Positions 1-12,172 of a stretch of 64,000 bases of DNA are shown in pieces; position 1 is the stretch's first letter, and each line of letters starts with the position of its first letter. Made by a program: the position numbers and the translations under genes. The DNA lies in the NCBI RefSeq assembly GCF_009914755.1, contig NC_060925.1, one strand, 5' to 3'. Source of the stretch: the human T2T-CHM13v2.0 reference genome, Homo sapiens. The notes under the pieces are model-generated. The model made no database searches and was not told the DNA's origin. It was given only the letters and a program-made list of their open reading frames with translations.

Positions 1-187
1 AACTAGTTTCCAAAAGATCACTAAGGCCAGACCCAAACTTTGATGCACTCATCAGCAAAATTTATCCAAGTCGTGATGAGTATGAAGCTCATCAAGAGAG
101 AGTATTAGCCAGGATCAACAAGCACAATAATCAGCAAGCACTCAGTCACAGCATTGAGGAAGGACTGAAGATACAGGCCATGAACAG
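1..187 (+). CDS. RNF2: RNF2 coding exon, 5' part outside window; end of RING region ([22 protein letters not shown]...IQAMNR)
   Basis: Frame from nt 3 matches RING1B; donor AG|GTATAT at 187/188, phase 2. Confidence 0.97.
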
Positions 188-1042
188 GTATATGGGAAAG
201 AGGGTCAGAGAGGGTAGCTGTTTTTCTGAATACTTTATTAACAATTAAATTTACTTTTTGAAAAAGGTAAAATACAGTAACAAATAGTAGTACTGCATGA
301 TTACCTTTCGTGCAGGTATAATACATGCCTCCAGGCATAATAGGGTATTTCATTTAAAATACTAGAATCTCTGTTTTACTTACTTTTTTCTCAACTTATT
401 CTATTTCTTCTCTTTATAGCAAAATTCCTTGAAAGAGTTGTAACTCCAATTCTTTTCCTATTCTTTTATGAACCCCCTCCAATCAGACATTCATCCTCAC
501 CACCCCATCATATTGCTCTTATCAATGTTATTAGTGATCTCTTCATTGTGCCATCTAATGGCTGATTCTCAGACCTCGCGTTACTTAGCAGCATTTGACA
601 CAATTAATTTCTCCCTTCTCTTTGAATAATTTTCTTCACCTGGCTTTCAGGAGGCCATAGTCTCTTGGTTCCCTTTGTATGTCATTAACTGTTCCTTTAC
701 TTGTTTCTTTTGTACTTTTTATTTCAATTTCCCCAACTGTGAAATATGGCGTGTCCCAGAGACCAGTGTTTGTTTCTCTTTTCAATACAAAATCTGTCTC
801 CAAATTATCTTACTCAGTTTCATAGTTTTATTTACCATCTGTATGCTGATGACTCCCAAATTTATATATCCAGCCCGGACTTACCTGAATTTTAGACATT
901 TCTCCATATGGGTATCTAATACTCATCTCAAACTTAACATGATGAATACTGAACTTACTCCCTACTTCTCTTCATTCTTACTCATTTTGGTTGATGGCAA
1001 TTCCATCATTCTACTTGCTTAAGCCAAAAACTTTGGAGTCAG

Positions 1043-1351
1043 TTTTTTTTTTTTATTTTTTTTATTTTTTGAGATGGAGTCTTGCTGTGTCACCCAGGCC
1101 AGAGTGCAGTGGCACCATCTTGGCTCACTGCAACCTCTGCCTCCTGGGTTTCCAGCGATTCTCCTGCTTTAGCGTCTTGAGTAGCTGGGAGTACAGGTGC
1201 ACGCCACCATGCCCAGCTAATTTTTGTATTTTTTAGTAGAGATGGGGTTTCACCATATTGGCGAGGCTGGTCTCAACTCCTGACCTTGTGATCTGCCTGC
1301 CTCGGCCTCCCAAAGTGCTGAGATTACAGGTGTGATCCACCACACCTGGCC
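1043..1351 (-). mobile_element. AluS
   Basis: Full dimer, poly(T) start, TSD TTGGAGTC. Confidence 0.95.
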
Positions 1352-1797
1352 TTGGAGTCGCTTTTAAATCTCTTTTACACATCCTGTATTCCAGTCCGTA
1401 AATAAACAAATATTTTTTGCTTTCTCCATAGTATATCCAGATTCATTCAGGCCACAACAATCTTTCATTTGATGTATTGAAGTAAGTTCCCAACTGGTTT
1501 TTCTACTTCCCATGCTTACTCCCACATAGTCTATTCTCAGCACAGCAGCCAGAGATACTGTTAAATTGAAAGGAAGATCATGGTTTTCCTTTGCTCAGAG
1601 CCCTCTAATAGCTTCTATTCACATTCAGGCTAAAAACTAAAAGACTTTAATGATGGTTTTTAAGACCCTATATAAGGTGGGCATTTTCCTTACCCTCATC
1701 TTCTTTTCCTCTCTGACATTATCGTCTGATTTATTCAGGCCTCAAGGAGAATCATTATTTTCCATAGAAGGAGATAATAGTAAAGTCCATCTCAGTC

Positions 1798-1956
1798 TAG
1801 TGGTTTTCACCTTGGCTGAACATCAGACTCACTCAGAAAACTTTCAAATCTCATGGCTTTAGGCATCATCCCGGTCCCAGTAATCAGCATCCAGGCATTT
1901 CTGCTTTTAAGTTTCCATAGATAATTCTGGAGTGTAGTCAAGATCAAAAACCACTG
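1798..1956. mobile_element. MER5-type hAT-Charlie MITE
   Basis: TIRs AGTGGTTTT...AAAACCACT. Confidence 0.7.
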
Positions 1957-3147
1957 GCTTAAAGGTTAAAAGATGTGCTCCATTCTAACAGTATTAAACT
2001 GACCTACCACTCTGTTTACCAAAGTATAATGTACTAAATGTTAAATGTATTTATTTTTAGAAGAATTTTACATTCCTAAGCGTTGGAAGGACTTTAATGG
2101 TTGTTCAGTTTAGCCTTTTACTAAAAGCAAGACTCTCCTTGTAAATATTCTTTTGGTTTTGCTTGTACATTTCTAGTGGTGGGGCTGTATGATAGGCACT
2201 CCTTTCTTTTGTTGGCAACTTTATTACAGCTTCCTTACTGTTCTTCAGACTCACCAAGCATGCTTCTGCCTCAGAGCCTTTGTACTTACACTACTCTATT
2301 TCAGGAACCTTCTTCCAAATAATCCACATGGCACACTACCTCACTTTCTTAGCAGGTATCTGCTTAAGTTCTCATCTTCCATTCTAGGACTCTGTAATTC
2401 CTTACCCTCCCTGCCTCATTTTTTTCCCATAGCACGTATCACTCTCTCATGTGTTACCTGCTACACTAGAATTATGACCCCTAAGAGGGAAGAGACTATG
2501 TCAGTATCATTGATTCTTATTAACACCATTATTTAGAACCATGCTTGGCTTAAAGTAGTAGCTGCTCAGTAAATATTTATCTATGTGTGAATTTTTAAGT
2601 TCTTCCTTTATATTGAATTAAAATTAGTCTCTTGTGTGCAGCAGTCTGGGTTTGTCTTATGTTGAAATACTTATGTTGACTTCTACATACATTTCAGATT
2701 CTACTTCTGTGTTTACAAATATTTTTATGTAGGTATATGTTCGTATATGTCCCTCTAAAGGCTTAATATTCACATTCCTCATTTCTTTTTTGTTCCTCAT
2801 ATGACACTCAAGATTGGTGTCATTCTTAAAATGCTACCATCAGGACAGTATGTAGTATTATAGACGTGATTTGATAAATGTAGGATATAATAGACTTAAT
2901 GTTCTTTATATGAACATATTCTTTAAACGCTGCCTGCAGTTACATTAATATAGCTCTGTCACATCAATCCTTTTTTGGAAAGGTGTGGGATAAAAATAAA
3001 TATATTGAGTCTTAATAAACCTGTTAGGTCACTGTAATTTATGGTCAAATAACTTTTCATTTGCTTTAGTTGTGGATTTTAGAATATATTTTAGTCTTTA
3101 TGTTGTGCTATCAATTTTTTGTCCCATTATTTTAGCCCGTTCATACC

Positions 3148-3700
3148 TTTTTTTCAAAAATTGTGGTAAAAGACATATAACAGAATTTTCCATCTTAACC
3201 ATTTGTAAGTGTAGAGTTCAGTAGTGTTAAGTACATTCTTTTTTTTCTTTTAAACGATTGGCTCCTCAAAGCTGAACACTCACAATGTTGTGCAGCCAAT
3301 CTACAGAACTCTTTTCATCTTATAAAATTGAAACCCTGTATCCATTAAGCACTAACTCCTCATTTCTCCCTCCCCCCAGTTCCCGGTAACTGTCATTCTA
3401 CTTTGTTTTATGAATTTGACTTCTTTAGATACCTCACATAAGTGAAATCGTGCTGTATTTGTACTTTTGGGGTTTTTTTTTTGTTGTTGTTATTTACTGT
3501 TATTTATTTCTCTTTTTACTTGACTGTAGGCCACCAAGTTACGTATTTGTACTTTTGTGCCTGGTTTATATTACTTAAATGACCTCAGCATGTCTATTCA
3601 TGTTGTATGTGGCAGGATTTCCTTCCTTTTTAGGACTGAATAATCCATTGTGTGTGCTTATGTATTTTTGAATCATAGTTTGTTATTTAACATACTAGTC
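3148..3700 (-). mobile_element. L1MB-type 3' end with two small insertions
   Basis: Reverse-complement L1M 3'UTR (ATTGTGGTAAAA...ACAATGTTGTGC...). Confidence 0.8.
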
Positions 3701-3919
3701 ATACTCTCTTGGTTTTGCAATGATCTATGAATTTTATAAGCAGGATTTTTTTTTTTTTTTTTTTAAAGCATGAGTTCTTGAGCATCTTTCCTAACCATTG
3801 GACTGTTATTTCTTTGTTCTGGCAGTAAACATAATGACAATATTCTTACAAGTGCAAGGCATTCTTTCATATTTCTTTTTCATTATATATTCCTTTTTTC
3901 TTATCTATACAGGTAGGGA

Positions 3920-4150
3920 GACAGGCAGTGTGGTAGGAAGAATGTGGTCTGGTTCACATCCTAGCTCTAGTTCTGGCACTTATTAGCTGTATAACTGGAG
4001 GCAAATTATTTAATCTTGTACCTGAGTTTTCTTTGCTTTTCTCAACTAGAAAATGACATTAATGGTAACTGCCTTGACAGGTTATTTTGAAGAGTAAACA
4101 AGATTGTATGTATAAAGTGCCTTGCCCGGTAATTAGCTTTAGTATCTGAG
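3920..4150 (+). mobile_element. MIR SINE
   Basis: Core CACTTATTAGCTGT...GCAAATTATTTAATC. Confidence 0.7.
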
Positions 4151-4457
4151 CTTGTTAGAGAGCAGCTTCTGTGTCCACGTTGGTTATTTAGATACCATCG
4201 CATTTTCCTCAGTCATTTTGTATCGCCTTAGCTGACTTGGCGGAAGGTCAGCAGGGAGGAAGTACTTACTATTCTTCTTAACTTTTGTTTCCTTAAGAAT
4301 TTCTTTAAAGAGGCATAAATATCTTCCCTAAGAACTTTTACATTTTCATATTTGAATCATGCCTTTCTTCAGACCTGTAACCCCATGAGAGAAAATGATC
4401 AGAATATAAAGATTTGTCAATTAATTCTTATAGTCTTTTGTTTAATAAAGAAAATTA

Positions 4458-4745
4458 TTTTTAAGAGATAGCGTCTTACTCTGGCCCAGGCCAGAGTACA
4501 GTGGAGCCATCCTAGTTTACTGCGCCCTTCAACTCCTGGGCTCAAGCCATCCTCCTGTCTCAGCCTCCTGAGTAGCTGAGATGATAGGTGCACCACCACG
4601 CCCAGCTAATTAAAATTTTTTGTTGTTGGTAGAGACAGGGTCTCACTTTGTTGCCCAAGCTGGTCTCAAATTCCTGGCCTCAAGCTCCTCCCATCTTGGC
4701 CTCTCAATGTGTTGGGTTTACAGGTGTGAACCACCGTGCCTGGCC
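4458..4745 (-). mobile_element. AluJ
   Basis: Diverged dimer, CTCCTGGGCTCAAG. Confidence 0.92.
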
Positions 4746-4982
4746 AGTAAAATTATTAAGTGAATAGAAACATTCGTTAAATTATTTAAATGTTTGCCTG
4801 TGAGCAAGAGAGATTTTTTAGACCTTTCAGGAACATGTGGGAAACAATATCATCCAACTCAGAGTAAATTCAGTTACCAGTATTTTTTGGAATTCTAAAG
4901 TTCAGTAGCAAACATGCTTCAGATTTGTTGCTTTAAAGGCCTAAAAGTAAATTTTATGCATCCTTTTTTCCCCCTTGACTAG

Positions 4983-5255
4983 ACTGCAGCGAGGCAAGAA
5001 ACAACAGATTGAAAATGGTAGTGGAGCAGAAGATAATGGTGACAGTTCACACTGCAGTAATGCATCCACACATAGCAATCAGGAAGCAGGCCCTAGTAAC
5101 AAACGGACCAAAACATCTGATGATTCTGGGCTAGAGCTTGATAATAACAATGCAGCAATGGCAATTGATCCAGTAATGGATGGTGCTAGTGAAATTGAAT
5201 TAGTATTCAGGCCTCATCCCACACTTATGGAAAAAGATGACAGTGCACAGACGAG
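4983..5255 (+). CDS. RNF2: RNF2 coding exon (LQRGKKQQ...[20 protein letters not shown])
   Basis: Polypyrimidine tract + AG at 4981-82; donor AG|GTAAGT; 273 nt, phase 2-2; overlaps ORF 4975..5259. Confidence 0.98.
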
Positions 5256-5621
5256 GTAAGTGTGTGGATTAGTTTCAGATTATCTAAATTCAGAATGTTT
5301 AATTTGGAGGTAAAAGGCAGTCTTGTATAAGAAGTAGGAGCAATATTTGTCATCCCATTGATTGCAGGGGTTCAGTTACTAGCTGCCTAGATTGTTGTTT
5401 TCTTCCTTCCTCCCTCATGTGCTTTCCACCCAAAATTGCACATCTGAAAGGAATGACTCTCCTTGGTAGAGAAGGTAAAGGGGCCTATTCAAATTTCTCA
5501 GCAATGATACTAGAGTACCAATAGGCTCTAAAACTCATGCTGGCAAGAATGGCTACGTTACCACTGTATCTCCAGCACACTGCTTGCTGTTGAGTACAGA
5601 TAAGCATCAAATATTTATTGA

Positions 5622-6303
<682 letters not shown>

Positions 6304-6701
6304 TAGACAATAAGAAATTTGCTTCTATTCTGTTTCTGTTGCTGCTATAGCCAGCAGATTCTGGTCATTAGGGTTTGGGGGGTATGTTCCTTTTTTTCCC
6401 CTTAGTACTTTGTGTATTTCTGTTTGATTTTTGTCACTGTGTATCTCATTTTATAGAAGGTAAGGTAGGTAAAGCTTTTGTGACCTGACAGTAAGATATT
6501 GAGTATTTACTTTCCCCTCTTCTGTACCTATCAATAAGAAATTTAGATTGTAGAGCAGTAAATTTCTGATATTATTTTGTCAATAATTGAGACATTGCCA
6601 TTTTACTTAGTTTTTAAGAAATGTATTAGTTCCATAATTTAAGTACATTTTTCTCATTGGCATATTCTAGAAATGAAATTTTTAATGATTTATTCTTCTA
6701 G

Positions 6702-6873
6702 ATACATAAAGACTTCTGGTAACGCCACTGTTGATCACTTATCCAAGTATCTGGCTGTGAGGTTAGCTTTAGAAGAACTTCGAAGCAAAGGTGAATCAAA
6801 CCAGATGAACCTTGATACAGCCAGTGAGAAGCAGTATACCATTTATATAGCAACAGCCAGTGGCCAGTTCACT
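6702..6873 (+). CDS. RNF2: RNF2 coding exon, RAWUL domain ([21 protein letters not shown]...GQFT)
   Basis: AG at 6700-01; donor ACT|GTGAGT; 172 nt, phase 2-0. Confidence 0.98.
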
Positions 6874-7110
6874 GTGAGTATTTAAAATAATAGACTGTTG
6901 AAACTGGGAGCACACTGACCAACTAACTGAGTGGCAAGTGGTGGGGTAGAATCTAATAAATAATGTAAAAAACCGTAACAGTGTTAAGTGACAAGTAGTT
7001 ATTCCTAAGATTTGAAAAAAAAAGATTCTGTGGACTTCCATTTTAGTTTCATTTCATTATTATTGTGGTTTGTGCAGTTTTCATAATTTTTTCTTTCTTT
7101 TTTGTTTTAG

Positions 7111-7212
7111 GTATTAAATGGCTCTTTTTCTTTGGAATTGGTCAGTGAGAAATACTGGAAAGTGAACAAACCCATGGAACTTTATTACGCACCTACAAAG
7201 GAGCACAAATGA
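7111..7212 (+). CDS. RNF2: RNF2 last coding exon ([33 protein letters not shown])
   Basis: Strong T-tract acceptor ending 7110; TGA at 7210-12; RING1B C-terminus. Confidence 0.98.
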
Positions 7213-9514
7213 GCCTTTAAAAACCAATTCTGAGACTGAACTTTTTTATAGCCTATTTCTTTAATATTAAAGATGTACTGGCATTACTTTTATGGACAGA
7301 TCTTGGATATGTTGTTCAATTTTCTTTCTGAGCCAGACTAGTTTACGCTATTCAAATCTTTTCCCCTTTATTTAAGATTTCCTTTTTGGAAGGGACTGCA
7401 ATTATTCAGTATTTTTTTCTTTCCTTTAAAAAAATATATCTGAAGTTTCTTGTGTTTTTTTTTTTCCCCACAAAGTGTGTTTCCACTTGGAGCACCATTT
7501 TGACCCAGGAATTTTTCATAGTTTCTGTATTCTTATAAGATTCAGTTGGCTGTCCTTTTCCTGCTCCCCTCAAAAGATTTTTAGTCATACAGAATGTTAA
7601 ATATTATGTATTCTGACTTTTTTTTTCCCCCGGAGTCTTGTATATTTATAGTTTTCTATATAAACTGTAGTATCTTCATGAAGACCCAAGGCTCAAATTT
7701 ACTGTCCTTAAAAACAATTCTCATAGGATTATTCTTTTCATGGTATTTTCTTCCATAATATCTCATTTTAAAAAGAAGTTCTTTATGAACTTAGTGTCCA
7801 TTGTCATGCAATGTTTTTTTTTTTCCATTCTTTTTCCCTGTAATTTTGGAATTTCTGGTCCTGGGAAGAATCAAACAAAATCTTAAGTTCTATGAGAACT
7901 TGGTTCATTGACATATTCTGCTGAAGAAAGAAAAATTAAATTGGTAGTAAAATATAGTCTTCAAGTATACGTTTGAGAGTGCTTTTTTTTGTATTAGTTC
8001 TGCTGTCACTTCATTTCCTGTATTATATGTGATGTTTTTCCCCATTAAAATACCAGAGATAATGGAGATATTTTGCACTTTAGCCTTGATGAAAAGTACA
8101 AGATATGTTCAAAGCTTCCCTAATTTTTTTCTTATTTGTAGCCACATAAGTTTCAAGAATAACATGGCACACAGAACAATGGAAAAAAGTTTGTTTCCAT
8201 TGGAAAATTATATCATTTTGGGTTGCCACATCAGTTTATAAATTTGGCGCTCTTTTAATTACACTCTGTAGAAGGTTAATAGAGCTTGAGCCCTGCTTTA
8301 ATATGTAGTGAAAGATAATTCTGTAGAAAAACGTCAGCCAGTAGGGTAAAGTCATTCTACTGTTCTTAATTTTTATATTGAGGAACAATATTGGGTGTTT
8401 GGGAGCCAGAAAGCTTTGTTGACAGATCAGAAATAAGATTGACTTGGGTGTTATATTTCATCTCTCTCCAGACTCTAGGTATATTTCCAACTTTATATAT
8501 CACAGTATTTAAAAAGACATGTTTGCATTGAGAAATTAACCCTAAAGGGTTTTCAATAGGGTGTAGACCTCCAGTACCTTTGTAACTAAAGTCTGTCTAG
8601 TCATTGTAAATATTTATCTGTCAGTTTTGACAGATTGGGGCCAGCTTGATGTTTTAAATCTTCAGCCCGGTATGAAAACTTAAAGGTATATATTCAATTT
8701 TTTACCATTTTATGGAAAATATTTAAAATCTGTTTTTACAGGGTTTTTTTTTTTTTTTTTTTTTGTAATCTGTGCCATGAAATTTGAAAACCACCAAAAA
8801 TCAAGGGAACTTTTATATATTCAATTCCTTTTCTGGTGTAATGTTAAAGTTGTATAGATTATTAATGCATGCCCACTGAATATAACCCTGGTTTTGTGAT
8901 AAAACTGCTTAGATTTTGTTGATGACATTAGATTAGTAGTTGCATTAAATAACTAAATTCCCATTGTGATTAATTGAAATTTTGTCTTTAAGCAGAGAGT
9001 TATTTGTGACTATAAGCTTTGTGCTTAGAGAATGTATGTGTTTTTATCTGTCAGTATGGGAGGATATAAACTGCATCATTAGTGAAATTATTGGTTGTGT
9101 AATCCTTTGTGAAATATAATTCTAGGTATTTGATAGGGTATTGAGTGTATTTTGTGTGTGTGTGGATGTGTGTTTTGGGGTACGGGGAGAGGCGATGCTA
9201 TTGGCCATCACTACCAACCAGGGTTTCAAAAAGTATTACCTAAGTAATTTCTTTTATCACTATCTCAACTGAGGAAGAAAAGGCTCACCACAAGTGGTGT
9301 GAAGGCTTTGGGTACTTAGTTCTAAATTTTTTTATGGTAACATATACATAGCCACATTTACAGTTTTAACCATTTTAAGGCATGTAATTCAGTGGGGTTA
9401 GGTACATTCACAATGTTGTGTAATGATCACCGCTGTCTACTTGTAAAACTTTTTCATCACCCCAAACAGAAACTCTGTGTGCAATTAAAGTAATGCATTT
9501 CTCTTCTTCTTAAC
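7213..9514 (+). other. RNF2: RNF2 3'UTR (3' end approximate)
   Basis: AU-rich, repeat-poor sequence after the stop; no AATAAA found by eye; distal ATTAAA at 9484-89. Confidence 0.75.
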
Positions 9515-10660
9515 CCCTAGCAACCTCTATTCTACTTTCTCTTTTTGAATTTGTCTATTTTAGGTGCCTCATGGCACCTGTGGAATCACACATTATTTTC
9601 AAGGTTCATGTGATAGCATATATCAGAATTTCATTCCTATTTATGGCTGAATAATATTGTATGTATGTGCCACATTTTGTTTATCCATTCATCTGTTGAT
9701 GGAGACTTTTGGTATTGTGAATAATACTGCAGTGAACATTATTATAGAAGTATATAATTGAGTTCTGCCTTCTGTTATTTTGGGTATATATGAAGGAATA
9801 GAATTACTGCATCATATGATAATTCTATGTTTAATTTTTTGAGGGACTCCAAACTGTTTTCCATAGCAGCTTCATTATTTTACATTCCTGCCACCAATGA
9901 ACAAGCGTTCTGGCTTTTCCGTATCCTCTGTAACACTTGTTATTTTCTTTTCTTCTTTTTAAAATAACTATATTAATGGGTATCCTTATGATAGCTGTCT
10001 TACTGGATGTCTCCTTTCATTGTGGTTTTAATTTGCATTTCCCTAACAGCTTGTGATGCTGAGCATCTTTTTCTGTACTTGCTGGCCATTTGTGTATTTT
10101 CTGTGGAGAAATGTGTATGTGTATTCAAGTCCTTCACCCATTTTTGACTGGGTTCTGTTATTGTTGAGTTGTGGGCATTCTTTATTCTAGTTAGTAATCC
10201 ATTATCAGATACATGATTTGCAAATATTTTCTCCCATTCTTTGGGTTTTCTTTTGATTCCCTTGATAGTGTCCTTTGATGTACAGAATTTTTTTTATTTT
10301 GGTGAAGTCTAGTGTATCTGTCTTTTTTCTTTTGGCTATGCTATTGGTGTCATATTCAAGAAGATTGCCAAACCCAATGTCATGAAGATTTTCCTCTTTT
10401 AAGAGTTTTATAGTTTTAGCTCTTAGTCTTTGATCCATTGTGAGTTTTGTATATGGTGAAAGGTCAGTGTCCAGCTTTGTTCATTTGTATTTGGATATCC
10501 AGTTTTCTTAGCCTTTTCTCCACTGAATGATCTTGGTGCTCTTGTTCTAAATCATATGTGAGGGTTTATTTCTGGATGTTGTATTCCATTGGTCTATATG
10601 TTTGTCCTTATGCCAGTACTACACTATTTTGATTACTTTAGCTTTGTAATAAATTTTGCA
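9327..10660 (-). mobile_element. L1MB-type 3'UTR and ORF2 end
   Basis: Antisense L1; ORF 10205..10438 is an ORF2 remnant (KTIKLL.E.L.DIG.G). Confidence 0.88.
9484..9489 (+). terminator. Probable distal RNF2 poly(A) signal ATTAAA
   Basis: ATTAAA followed by U-rich tract 9527-9560; consistent with recalled mRNA length. Confidence 0.6.
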
Positions 10661-11493
10661 TTATATCATTTCTAACCCTTTGAACCTTAGGAAGACAGTA
10701 TTTCCTTTGTGTACATTTGAGAAGACAAAGGCTCAGGATTCTGATTTGGATAACTAAATGTGAAGTAACTGAAATGCCAAGTGAGAAAAGGCATCTCTTA
10801 AATTCCCATTTCTATTCAGAAAAGTTTAAGTTTCCCCCAAAATAGCCTCAAAACTCCCCAAAAATCACACTCCAGTGAATTATCACTCTTGGCCTTTCTG
10901 GAACCTCACTGAAAAGCTCTTTTTCTCTGAGCGTGTCTTTGACTGGACTCAGCTCACTTTGCTTAAAAAGCTCTATCTTCATGGTGTTTGTAAAAAATCG
11001 TTCCTGCCGTTGTTTAACACAGCAGTTGCCTGAGGCATGTAGGCCTAAAAAGCAGCTGACTAAAAAGTAGGAAATGTAGAGGGCTTTGAAAAGTTCCATT
11101 ATGTTCCTGGGAATCTCGAAGGCCACACATTTGTGCAAGACTGTTGGCATGCCCAAGAAAAAAATATAAGGCACTAACCTCACCTGTAGCAGACCCTGAG
11201 GCTCTGTGCCAGCAGGAAGTGAAAGGTAAGCCACAGTTGTAAACTACATGCTGGAGTTTTGAAGGCATATCCCAGACAGAGCACTTTAGCAAGACAGAGA
11301 CTTACTGGTTCAAAGCATTTAAGGAAATCTGTCTAGTTATTAGCTGACCACTAAGCTAATGAAGCAGACTTCAGTGGTCACAGCAGAGAATGCAAACATT
11401 ACAGAGTTAGTCAAAAGAAGGCCACTAAACAGCAAACACAACAAACCCTGGGGACCTAAAGGGATTCTCATTTCCAGAGTTGCCACATTGTAT

Positions 11494-12172
11494 TATAGTC
11501 TTCCCCCATTATCCAGTTTTGCCTTCGTGGTTTGTTACCCATGGTCAACTGCACTCTGAAAATACTAAATGGAAAATCCCGGAAATAACTCATAAGTTTT
11601 AAACTGTACACCGTTCTGAGTAGCCTGAGGAAATCTTGTGCCGTTCCACTTGGGACATGAATTATCCCCGTGTCCAGCATATCTTTGCTGTATATGCTAC
11701 TCGTTCATTAGTCACTTAGTACCTGTTAACGGTTCCCAGATTGATTGTCATGGTATTGCAGTGTTTGTGTTCATTTTACTTAATGGCCCCACATTGCAAG
11801 GGTAGTGATGTTGGCAATTTGGATATACCAAAGAGAAGCCATAAACTGCTTCCTTTAAGTGAAAAGGTAAGAGTTCTTGACTTAATAAGGAAAGAAAACA
11901 TAAATTATGCTGAATTTGCTAAGATCTATGACAAGAACAAAGCTTTTTTCTATGTCAAAGTTGAGACAGATCTCATGAAATTGTGAACAGTATATTATGA
12001 TTGTATATTATTAGTTGTTGATCTCTTACCATGCCTAATTTATAAACTTTACCATATATGTAGGTGTAGAAAAAAAGAAGTACAGGGTTTGGTACAGCCT
12101 GTGGATTCAAGGATCCACGGCGGGGTGGGGGGATCTTAGAACATACCCTCAAGGATAAAGGGGGGACTATTT
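11494..12172 (+). mobile_element. MER44 (Tigger7-derived TcMar element)
   Basis: TIRs TAGTCTTCCCCCATTATCC / GGATAAAGGGGGGACTA; transposase N-terminus MAP..PKRS.KLLPLSEKV.VLDLIRKE. Confidence 0.85.

Larger units (their letters stand above)
400..2590 (+). mobile_element. Degraded L2 LINE (RT region to 3' end), interrupted by Alu and MER5
   Basis: AGCAGCATTTGACAC (SAAFDT) block ~587-601; L2 tail GCTCAGTAAATATTT ~2564. Confidence 0.8.
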
